Positions 20,495-28,423 of a stretch of 64,000 nucleotides of DNA are shown one piece after another. This stretch comes from a virus. The stretch covers positions 32,001 through 96,000 of IMG/VR virus record IMGVR_UViG_3300010885_072825, one strand, 5' to 3'. Under the pieces are notes generated by a model. It saw nothing but the letters and a program-made list of their open reading frames with translations. It searched no databases and had not been told where the DNA came from. A program made the position numbers and the translations under genes. Position 1 is the first letter of the stretch. Every line of letters starts with the position of its first letter.

Positions 20495-21235
20495 ATGGAA
20501 CTAACTCAAACACAAGTAGATTTTCTAAGAACTACTCGACTACATTTTGCCATCCCCTGTTATGGTGGGCAGGTTTTTGAACCCTGCATGCTAAGTATGC
20601 TAAAATTTATGGCAACCGCAAATAGACTGGGGATGAATTTTACACTGGATACCATTTCCAACGAATCACTAGTACCACGTGCAAGAAATAGTTTGCAGGC
20701 CAAGTTCCTACAATTTGGAAGTGACCAAACTCCACCCATGCTAAGTACACACCTTATGTTTGTGGATTCTGATATCAGCTTTGAACCCGAAGAAGTAATC
20801 AAATTAATTTTGGCAAATAAAGATATTATCGGCGGTCTCTATCCCAAGAAATCATTGCCCATCAGTTACGTCGTTAACAAAGTACCAAATGCTCGTTCAG
20901 AAGGCAATTTGGTCCAAGTCCGAAACTTGGGCACGGGGTTTATGATGGTTAAACGTCATGTGATTGAAGCAATGATCAAACACTATCCGGAAACATTTTA
21001 TCAAGATGCTATTGGCCTTGATCCCAAGTATGATCCATTTAAATTCGCACTGTTTGATACATTGATTGATCCTGACACCAAAGAATATTTGTCAGAAGAT
21101 TATACATTCTGTAAACGTTGGACTGATATGGGCGGAGATATTTGGGCTGACTTGTCTATCAACTTGACTCACAATGGATTCTATTCATTCCGTGGCGATC
21201 CCGCATTGTTGATGTCTGGTTTAACTGAATCATAA
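20495..21235 (+). CDS. GT-A fold glycosyltransferase-like protein
   Basis: AIPCYGG, MFVDSDI (DxD), GTGFMMVKR, YLSEDYTFC. Confidence 0.75.
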   Translation: MELTQTQVDFLRTTRLHFAIPCYGGQVFEPCMLSMLKFMATANRLGMNFTLDTISNESLVPRARNSLQAKFLQFGSDQTPPMLSTHLMFVDSDISFEPEEVIKLILANKDIIGGLYPKKSLPISYVVNKVPNARSEGNLVQVRNLGTGFMMVKRHVIEAMIKHYPETFYQDAIGLDPKYDPFKFALFDTLIDPDTKEYLSEDYTFCKRWTDMGGDIWADLSINLTHNGFYSFRGDPALLMSGLTES

Positions 21236-21242
21236 AAACCAG

Positions 21243-21270
21243 TTGACATCAAACCTGATACTGCTAATAT
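21243..21270 (+). promoter_or_regulatory. sigma70-type promoter TTGACA-N16-TAATAT driving a non-coding region
   Basis: Canonical -35; TGC-TAATAT -10; no ORF downstream before the convergent gene end at 21496. Confidence 0.65.
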
Positions 21271-21278
21271 ATGGATAA

Positions 21279-21372
21279 CGGAAGCATTTGGCGATTTGGA
21301 GTTGAACTACTGACATGTTCAACAACTGCGGTCAGGCAGTCCAATAGAGTTCGATTCTCTAGCTTCTGTTCA
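21279..21372 (+). ncRNA. atypical tRNA-like RNA
   Basis: 7-bp acceptor-like stem CGGAAGC/GCTTCTG, T-arm TAGAG-TTCGATT-CTCTA, stemless D-loop with GG, central TTGGA/TCCAA helix enclosing two hairpins; ends T-TCA. Confidence 0.6.
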
Positions 21373-21375
21373 AAA

Positions 21376-21495
21376 TTGGTGACACACGGCCCTCAGATCT
21401 CGCCGTCTGATGTTTAGAATCGGTAGCTCAAGCTTTGAACTTGTTGGTGCTGATGCGACAGTGGTTTAAATGGAGAGATGAAAAGCTCCCCAGCC
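21376..21495 (+). ncRNA. possible second structured RNA domain
   Basis: GC-richer than flanks; interlocking ACGGC/GCCGT and TCAGA/TCTGA; ATCGGTA..TGCTGAT hairpin with plus-strand G-U pairs; GGAG/CTCC stem. Confidence 0.35.
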
Positions 21496-21978
21496 TTAGA
21501 ATTTGGTGACAACAAATATCAATAGACTGCCCCAAACAAATCCACGAGACAATTCTACTAGAGTGTTAGCCCATGTCTTATTAGGGTAGTATGTTACCAT
21601 GTAATTCAACCAAATTGCCAAACCGGTAGTAATTAAAGCAAACACAATGCCAGCTGCCAGCGTTTGAATCAAACTGACTGATACAAACACAGCAATCACC
21701 AAACTTGCTAATATCAAACAGTGTCGGAAAAAAGTTCCTACAATCTGTTTACTATTATTTGGAGTCATCGTACCACCAAACAATGACCAACCTGTGGATC
21801 GCCAGACGATCCATCCCAAACTAATCAATCCAACTGGCCAACCTGCTATCAAAACAGATAATATCACTAATGGCAAAAACGCCCAATATATGGGTCTACC
21901 ACGGAAACTAGATTTCCACCCCAGGCCACCACCACACCATCGATCAGCTAACATAAAAATTATTGGTAATGCAAACAT
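21496..21978 (-). CDS. multi-pass membrane protein
   Basis: Four to five hydrophobic segments. Confidence 0.7.
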   Translation of the reverse strand: MFALPIIFMLADRWCGGGLGWKSSFRGRPIYWAFLPLVILSVLIAGWPVGLISLGWIVWRSTGWSLFGGTMTPNNSKQIVGTFFRHCLILASLVIAVFVSVSLIQTLAAGIVFALITTGLAIWLNYMVTYYPNKTWANTLVELSRGFVWGSLLIFVVTKF

Positions 21979-21987
21979 GAATGGTCC

Positions 21988-23112
21988 TTAGAAAAATATG
22001 CTGATTCGAACTTTGGCGCCAATAACAGTACCCGTATTGGAAGGGGTTAATCCAGTAACGACAAAGGTATTTGGTTGACTGATATCATATGCAATGAAAC
22101 ATGAATTTGATTCTGAAATACCAGTCCAACGTGTGGAATTGATAGCTTGCTGTCCCCACAAGAACATGCCTTGTGGCAAACCCAATCCAGTATAAGTGAC
22201 CGTCACAGTACTTCCAGATACAACCGTTTGCCAACCTGAAGGCACCCCAGTAACAGAATTGATTGTACCATCCATATTATAAACAACCGTAAAATTATAT
22301 ATAGTGTTTAGTCCCTGTGGACCAGTAGCTCCAGTTGAGCCTTGTATTCCTGTTGGACCAGTCAACCCCATGGGCCCTGTTATCTGTGAAGCTGCTCCGA
22401 CTGGTCCAGTTGGTCCTGTGGGACCTCCATTAGGACCAGTTGGTCCTGTTACAGTTGATTGTGCACCAGTTACTCCAGTAGGTCCAGTTGAGCCTTGTAT
22501 TCCTGTTGGACCAGTTACGGTCGACGCTGCACCAGTAGAACCTGTTACTCCGGTAGGTCCAGTTGATCCAACAATACCAGTTGGACCAGTCGGTCCATCG
22601 GGACCCATGCTTGGCCCAGTTGGTCCTGTTATTTGAAGGCCGCCTCCAAGTGAGGTGAACCCACCTGCAACCCCACCAACTGTACCATAATTCAATAATA
22701 TCTGAGTAATAGATCCTATATAAGCAGGATCCAGTGGTTGATTGCTCAAATAAGATCGATCTATGCGGGCGCGTACCCAGATAAAATTTCCAGAAAAACT
22801 ATAAGTGGCAATGCCCGTATCACCCAAATCTCCACTAGTGGGATTTGCAGGATCTTTGGGAAATTGTTGATAGGGCAACAAATCCAATGTTAAAGGGATT
22901 GGAAACCAATCAGCCGCTTGTGGATCAGTTGCAAGTGATCCGTCAATATACAACCGACCTACGAAGTTGGCCAAATAGGCGCTTATTGTGTGATTGTTGC
23001 CAACTGTATTTGTGTAACCAGCTCCGGGTGTTTTTGGACCAGTCACATTTACGGGAGTCGGTGATCCAGAAGGATTGGTAGTCGTACTACTTAAAAGAAT
23101 GACACTGTGCAT
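21988..23112 (-). CDS. collagen-like (GPT-repeat) virion fibre protein
   Basis: About 100 aa of Gly-X-Thr triplets between N- and C-terminal beta domains; TAAATA 4 nt from ATG. Confidence 0.8.
   Translation of the reverse strand: MHSVILLSSTTTNPSGSPTPVNVTGPKTPGAGYTNTVGNNHTISAYLANFVGRLYIDGSLATDPQAADWFPIPLTLDLLPYQQFPKDPANPTSGDLGDTGIATYSFSGNFIWVRARIDRSYLSNQPLDPAYIGSITQILLNYGTVGGVAGGFTSLGGGLQITGPTGPSMGPDGPTGPTGIVGSTGPTGVTGSTGAASTVTGPTGIQGSTGPTGVTGAQSTVTGPTGPNGGPTGPTGPVGAASQITGPMGLTGPTGIQGSTGATGPQGLNTIYNFTVVYNMDGTINSVTGVPSGWQTVVSGSTVTVTYTGLGLPQGMFLWGQQAINSTRWTGISESNSCFIAYDISQPNTFVVTGLTPSNTGTVIGAKVRISIFF
22330..22515. repeat. 33-bp direct repeat within collagen region
   Basis: tccagttgagccttgtattcctgttggaccagt at 22330-22362 and 22483-22515. 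Confidence 0.8.
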
Positions 23113-23115
23113 TCT

Positions 23116-23301
23116 TTATTTATTTGTTTCGACAATCTCTACAACTATTGCTGGATCACCAATCATTTCTTGAATTATTTCGTCCAGCGTTTCTTTGAGT
23201 ATAGCAATTTTATCTTCTGAAAGAACTGCTTCCCTATCACCATTTTTAGATAACTTGTGAAAGTTGAGTTCCAGAGTCTGAGTTTTAATTTCTATTGACA
23301 T
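23116..23301 (-). CDS. small hypothetical protein
   Basis: 61 aa; TATAAATA at 23330-23337. Confidence 0.6.
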   Translation of the reverse strand: MSIEIKTQTLELNFHKLSKNGDREAVLSEDKIAILKETLDEIIQEMIGDPAIVVEIVETNK

Positions 23302-23332
23302 AAAGAGCCTTTTTGATTATGTACAGCTATAT

Positions 23333-23833
23333 TTATACCAGATCTTCAATAGTTGACACTTCAACTTGCATTCTTTTACCAACCAGGTTACCTTCTTCAT
23401 CTAGTATATCTTCAAATTCCAGTGATTTGCATTCCTTCTGTGATTCCAATTCCTTTTCATCACTCCACTTTTGGAAATGTCGTGCATGAGCCATGGAAAA
23501 CATGGCGGCATCTTCTGCATCAGAAAATCGAACTAGACTGGTCAGGCAACTGTTTTTCTCGTCCCACGACAATGTGAAATCGAATGGATCCCAGGATTCT
23601 GAAAGACTCACTAGAGCAGGTTTTAAAATTGAATCAGGTAAATTTGGTGCTTTGAATAAAAAACCATCAGTAGCGTTAGACAATTTTTCAAATGGATTGG
23701 TTAGCAGGTCGACAACGTATTTGTGTTTTTGATCAACTGTTTCAAAAACAGCTTGCCAACCAAACATGTTTCTAGTTACTTGATATTCAAATTTCATTGT
23801 CAATCTCCCATGTTTCGATAATGCGACATTCAA
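23333..23833 (-). CDS. hypothetical protein
   Basis: 166-aa ORF in operon. Confidence 0.55.
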   Translation of the reverse strand: MNVALSKHGRLTMKFEYQVTRNMFGWQAVFETVDQKHKYVVDLLTNPFEKLSNATDGFLFKAPNLPDSILKPALVSLSESWDPFDFTLSWDEKNSCLTSLVRFSDAEDAAMFSMAHARHFQKWSDEKELESQKECKSLEFEDILDEEGNLVGKRMQVEVSTIEDLV

Positions 23834-24423
23834 ACGGGGTTGTCAAGGTCTTCCAAAATTAATTGGGCATGAATTACCACTACCTGTGCATAAGACACAC
23901 CATGACTCTTTTTCAAATAGTAACCATCTGCCGAGGGAAGCCAAATTTCCGCGGAAATAGCAGAAAAACCCGAATGTTTACAAAGTGCTATCAAATGTTT
24001 TTTGCCAGGACGAATCAGAGCTAGGAACATGGCCAATTCCATTATGGAACCGGGTTTTAAAATTTTTATCAAATCCGAGTGGTTACTTATATGAAATAGC
24101 TGTTGACAAAATTCTGGGTATTGCAACAGTTCCCAATCAAATGGACGCTGCATCAAATCCAGTAAATGTGCTTCATCTCGTACTCGATCATAGACATGTA
24201 GATTAAGCAAATCTATTTTATAACAATGTCGATCTTCTGCAGATTTATAGTCGATACTGGCTAATCCCGTTATGGGATCAACTGGCATTTTGTGAAAATA
24301 AACGCCTGTATTATGACGAATGATTTCACCATCTCGAAATATACTAGCTGGTGTATGATCAATTCCAACTAATGCCAGTGATCGGTCTGGAAAATCAATG
24401 TCAATATCACCATGTCCGGACAT
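23830..24423 (-). CDS. minimal DnaE (Pol III alpha)-like catalytic core
   Basis: DIDIDF, HNTGVYF, YKIDLL, QLFHI, LALIRPG, YYLKKSHGVSYA correspond to C-family polymerase palm/fingers motifs. Confidence 0.75.
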   Translation of the reverse strand: MSGHGDIDIDFPDRSLALVGIDHTPASIFRDGEIIRHNTGVYFHKMPVDPITGLASIDYKSAEDRHCYKIDLLNLHVYDRVRDEAHLLDLMQRPFDWELLQYPEFCQQLFHISNHSDLIKILKPGSIMELAMFLALIRPGKKHLIALCKHSGFSAISAEIWLPSADGYYLKKSHGVSYAQVVVIHAQLILEDLDNPV

Positions 24424-24677
24424 CAGGAGATCTTGCTCGATATTTTTCGAACTTGTTGTTCCAAGTTGCTGATCCTGGTTGCTTGGTCACGCGTTTTTTG
24501 ATGTAGTGTATCAATGGTGGATTCCAGTGATCGAATCTTGGAAAGAAAATAGGTAGTTTGATTTTCTTCTTTATTCGGGTTTTTGGGAATAATAGCACTA
24601 CCTGCAACAGGAGCAGCAGGTGGATCACCAACATCATACATGTTTGACATTTCTTCATCAGTTAATTTTTTGTTCAT
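24423..24677 (-). CDS. small coiled-coil protein
   Basis: Start moved to ATG 24677 (ATGA overlap with upstream stop); C-terminal heptads. Confidence 0.55.
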   Translation of the reverse strand: MNKKLTDEEMSNMYDVGDPPAAPVAGSAIIPKNPNKEENQTTYFLSKIRSLESTIDTLHQKTRDQATRISNLEQQVRKISSKIS

Positions 24678-25351
24678 AGTCCAGCCTCTGCCAGTGTTTC
24701 TTTTAGGAATTTGGTGCCAGATGTATTTCGGGAAAATTTTATTTTCCAAACAGCGATGGGCGCCAAATCTTTTATTAGCGTTATTTGCTCTGCTGAACAT
24801 CTTTCAAAAAATTCTTCAGCTGATGGTGCGTTGTATAATACCCAGGGACTTAAACGTCCACGCTTCAACCATTGTATAACAGATCCTACTCCAACTTTTC
24901 GGAAAAAATCTGTCCAAGTTTCACCATTTTCTTGGCTCCATTTTTGCATCAATTCAATATTACGTTCTAGTGCTTCCTCAGGTTCTTCTTTTTTAATTAG
25001 TTCAGCAACATATTGATTATAAATTTTTTCATTGGTCCAATCTGCCATGGGAATATTACCTTTGATCACAAAGTCGATAAACTTGTTGACATCAACTGGA
25101 TCAGTTTGAACCAAATATTTTCCAAATTTATAAAACCCAATATAATACCGACTGTCTATAAATTCTCGGTAATCATTCCTGGATACCTTAGAATTCGGCA
25201 TACTGAGTTCATAAAAACGACTCCATGTAATAAACGCTAGTCGACTAACAGGATCTTCTTTGGCAAACCATCGTCGTTTAATCTCACAACTGTGATTAAT
25301 TAAAGCATCTTCACGATTGAATGACCTTTTGCAAAATTCACATTTATGCAT
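24674..25351 (-). CDS. hypothetical protein with N-terminal Zn finger
   Basis: CEFCKRSF...LINHSC. Confidence 0.7.
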   Translation of the reverse strand: MHKCEFCKRSFNREDALINHSCEIKRRWFAKEDPVSRLAFITWSRFYELSMPNSKVSRNDYREFIDSRYYIGFYKFGKYLVQTDPVDVNKFIDFVIKGNIPMADWTNEKIYNQYVAELIKKEEPEEALERNIELMQKWSQENGETWTDFFRKVGVGSVIQWLKRGRLSPWVLYNAPSAEEFFERCSAEQITLIKDLAPIAVWKIKFSRNTSGTKFLKETLAEAGL

Positions 25352-25838
25352 CTAATTTCTTTAAATCCTCTAAAATCTTTTTTGTATCTGCTTTGCTTTC
25401 ACCATGTGCTTGACACAGTTTTTCCAAAACATCTTTTGTCAAATCTTCTTTTAATATATTGAGCTCTATAATATTTACATCCGGATATATTTTTGAAAAA
25501 AACTCATCCAAATTGGGAGTATTCGTTGTTTTCTTTTTTGATATCCAAGGTCGATGTTGTTTTACTCCTGTACCAACTATACACATGAGTTGATGTTGTA
25601 ATTCCGGATGATTTGACAATTCCCAAAATCCCACATTCACAATATCATTTGTCAAAATAACAGATAGATCAGCTTGTGAATTTTGGCTTGGAAGACTGCT
25701 CATGTATCGCATAAGCACAAGAGCTGCATAACCCTTCTTTTCTTCCTCTGTCAAATTGTGATAATAATTCTTATTACCACGATCAATTGATTCCAGTGTT
25801 TTGAATAGATCTAATTTGTATTTTTTGTCTTCTGCCAT
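25344..25838 (-). CDS. putative clamp-loader small subunit (T4 gp62-like)
   Basis: KGY..LVLMRYMS...HPELQ...KQHRPWI pattern resembles gp62; weak. Confidence 0.5.
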   Translation of the reverse strand: MAEDKKYKLDLFKTLESIDRGNKNYYHNLTEEEKKGYAALVLMRYMSSLPSQNSQADLSVILTNDIVNVGFWELSNHPELQHQLMCIVGTGVKQHRPWISKKKTTNTPNLDEFFSKIYPDVNIIELNILKEDLTKDVLEKLCQAHGESKADTKKILEDLKKLDA

Positions 25839-25953
25839 AAAATTTCACCTGTTTGATAAATTTATTGAATTTGAGTTGAAATATCAAGTTTGATTCTGCT
25901 CAAAATTTTGGTTCTGCATAAATAAGACTACAGCACAAGGAGATAAACAACAC

Positions 25954-27069
25954 ATGGGTCGCCCTCTTAAAAAAACACTAATTGGCAATACCTCACAAAC
26001 AGGTCAGCAAATTGCCATTAATGCATGGGTATCTGGAGATTCACAAGCAAGAACCGGATACATTATTGAAGAAAAAAATTATCACAAGTACTATGTTAAT
26101 ACCACAAATGCCACATCTAATACCAGTTTCATTGGCACTGTTGGTCTACAAAATACTGCACCAACAGCAGCTGGACAAGCCACACTGCAAATTACACCAT
26201 ATGGTGCATCAGGGTCTGGAGTTGCTGCAACAGCAAACGTAGGACTTTATAGTGCAGGAAACATTGCTGTTTATGGTACAGGCACTACCAGTGCAAACTA
26301 TGTTCCCGGTGAAACACTGCAACTACTGGGTGGATCCAATACCACTGTAGCTAACGTCACTGTTAATGCAGTTCATATTCGTATTGCAAACGTGCAAACA
26401 AACGGCAATGGATTTACAGTTGGTGACACATTTACTTTCAGTGGACCAGGATATGCTATACCAGCACAAATAACAGTTGGATCAACCACTGGTAATGGTC
26501 AAATTGGATCATTAACATTGACTCTTGCAACTGATGGTTCATATACAAGCGCTACATTGCCTGCCAATCCCGTAACTCCAAATGCCGCGGTTACTGCAAA
26601 CACAGTTTCAACAACTGCAACATTTAATCTGGGATGGGGTATTGATCAACTTACTGTTAAATCAGCTGGTTTGTTCTCCAGTGTTCCTTCTAACCCAATT
26701 TCACTTTCAGGAAGTGCTACAGGAACAGGAGCTACCATTAATGGTACTTGGACTGTTAAAACGGTTACTGTTAGCCCAGGTGGATCTGGATATGATGCAC
26801 CTCCACTGGTTTCATTCAATGCTTCACTGGGATCAAATGCACAAGCAACGGCAACAATTGCGTCTGGCGTAGTAACTGCGGTTAGTATTGCAGCGGGCGG
26901 TGTATATGCCGCAGTGCCCGGTGTTAATTTTGCAAATGCTGGTAACGTAAAATATGCAGCTAAAATGAATAATCACACTGTGGTTGCTTTTGATGGTACT
27001 TCATATACTTGGTATCCAACTGGCACAACATTAACTGCTCCAGGACAAGCTATAATACCAACATCCTAA
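25954..27069 (+). CDS. putative virion structural/fibre protein, G/T/A-rich
   Basis: TAAATA 25919-25924, AAGGAG RBS, GSGY..PP.V...A.A.A repeats, own terminator. Confidence 0.65.
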   Translation: MGRPLKKTLIGNTSQTGQQIAINAWVSGDSQARTGYIIEEKNYHKYYVNTTNATSNTSFIGTVGLQNTAPTAAGQATLQITPYGASGSGVAATANVGLYSAGNIAVYGTGTTSANYVPGETLQLLGGSNTTVANVTVNAVHIRIANVQTNGNGFTVGDTFTFSGPGYAIPAQITVGSTTGNGQIGSLTLTLATDGSYTSATLPANPVTPNAAVTANTVSTTATFNLGWGIDQLTVKSAGLFSSVPSNPISLSGSATGTGATINGTWTVKTVTVSPGGSGYDAPPLVSFNASLGSNAQATATIASGVVTAVSIAAGGVYAAVPGVNFANAGNVKYAAKMNNHTVVAFDGTSYTWYPTGTTLTAPGQAIIPTS

Positions 27070-27102
27070 TCTCGCTAAACTAGAAAATAGTTAGCAGACT
27101 CA

Positions 27103-27147
27103 GGCAAAGCCCTTGACGAACCCAAGTAAGTCAGGGGCTTTGTTTTT
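27103..27147 (+). terminator. Rho-independent terminator
   Basis: GGCAAAGCCCTTGAC...GTCAGGGGCTTTGTTTTT long stem plus U tract. Confidence 0.75.
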
Positions 27148-27369
27148 CTGAGTAATAATAAATCGAACAGTGCTTTAATTGGATAAACAAATTGCCAATA
27201 TCAAAACAGCAATTATAAATCAAACTATAGTAGTTTATGACGCAGATGTCAAATCAATGCTGTGATGGCCGGGCCTGTTATCTATTGGCGTTATTTGAAC
27301 AATGGTGGAAGCACACGTCAGTATCAAACGTACTAACCGAACTCAATTGAAAAATTCTATAGAAAACTC

Positions 27370-27843
27370 TTATTTTTTTCTATAAGAATCCAAATCATAT
27401 ATTACAGCTGATTCTCTACGTTTCAGTGCTTCGTCTGCTTGAGATTGTAATTGCTGTCGATCAGCTTCTTGTTTTCTCAAGTCATCTAGTGTGGTATCTG
27501 CGCCCCAATTGGGATCACTCTGCAATTCCATTTCTACTTTTATCTGTTGTAAATAATATAGAGCTGTAAAAATTCCATATTCTAAATTTTCAGGCTCTGC
27601 TAAACATCTAGCATCCTGTGAACCAGTATTAAATTTTTTTCCTGTTTCCTGTTTAAGAAGTCTCAATAAACAATTATATTCTTGGTCGCTAATTTCGAAA
27701 ATATCACTGCTTGTTACTCTTTCTTTCCAAAAGCCGTGCCTCCAAGTTTCACTTGCGGCAATATAAGCAGGTGTATCTAAATACGCTAAATCTTCAATTG
27801 ATTCCAATAAATTAATGTATTTTCTAATTTCAACGCTGCTCAT
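27370..27843 (-). CDS. EIRK-leader protein, unknown payload
   Basis: MSSVEIRKYINLLE|S; TAAATA at 27867-27872. Confidence 0.7.
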   Translation of the reverse strand: MSSVEIRKYINLLESIEDLAYLDTPAYIAASETWRHGFWKERVTSSDIFEISDQEYNCLLRLLKQETGKKFNTGSQDARCLAEPENLEYGIFTALYYLQQIKVEMELQSDPNWGADTTLDDLRKQEADRQQLQSQADEALKRRESAVIYDLDSYRKK

Positions 27844-27872
27844 ATGATGTTATACCTTTAAAAAAATATTTA

Positions 27873-28373
27873 TCAAAACAGTTTTCTGATATCAATAGCT
27901 TCTGGTACTTTGCCAATATCTTTTATGAAATAAGCACATAGTGGTTTTGGTCCATCTTCCAAAGGCACTGCCAAAAGGTGGCCATTTTTTAATTTGGGAA
28001 AATACCATTTGACATCTGGCCAAATATTGATAACTTCAAACTTCGTAAACTTTGGCATATATCCATCTATGGGATTATAAGTGAACACATCAAAATCCTT
28101 GTCATTCAAATATATCAGTGGCATGATTTCTAGATCACCACTGTTAATATCTCCAATAATAACTGACCAATCCAGTGGCATTTGAATATTTGAATTTCCA
28201 ATTTTAATATCAACACAGGGACTATTGAAACTTTCAAGAAAAATAAGTGGTATAAAATAGTAGTCTACATCTGCTTGATCACTATAATCCAACACACAAT
28301 AGTTAATATCAACAGTTGCTTCTGGTATTTGATTTAAATTATAAGTTTGATTTTCGTTTGTTAATACTCTCAT
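27873..28373 (-). CDS. hypothetical protein downstream of uvsW
   Basis: 166-aa ORF; TAAATA-like box upstream. Confidence 0.65.
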   Translation of the reverse strand: MRVLTNENQTYNLNQIPEATVDINYCVLDYSDQADVDYYFIPLIFLESFNSPCVDIKIGNSNIQMPLDWSVIIGDINSGDLEIMPLIYLNDKDFDVFTYNPIDGYMPKFTKFEVINIWPDVKWYFPKLKNGHLLAVPLEDGPKPLCAYFIKDIGKVPEAIDIRKLF

Positions 28374-28423
28374 TTCCAGCTTTTTGTTAATTTTTGCTGA
28401 ATATTTACCTGTATTTTCAGTAC

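Noticed and set aside
21279-21372. Canonical tRNA (Ser-TGA, Val-GAC or Sec) or tmRNA
   Set aside because: No D-stem, a 7-bp stem with 9-nt loop in place of the anticodon arm, an extra TTGGA/TCCAA helix, no encoded CCA, and no tag reading frame.
21400-21490. Hammerhead ribozyme (CTGATG...GAAA)
   Set aside because: The core reads CTGATGT or CTGATGC rather than CTGANGA, and the required three stems cannot be assembled.
22330-22515. CRISPR array
   Set aside because: Only two 33-bp copies, in frame within the collagen-coding repeats, with no spacer periodicity.
24678-24800. N-terminal extension of the 24423-24800 ORF
   Set aside because: It overlaps the upstream gene; ATG at 24677 gives a normal ATGA coupling.
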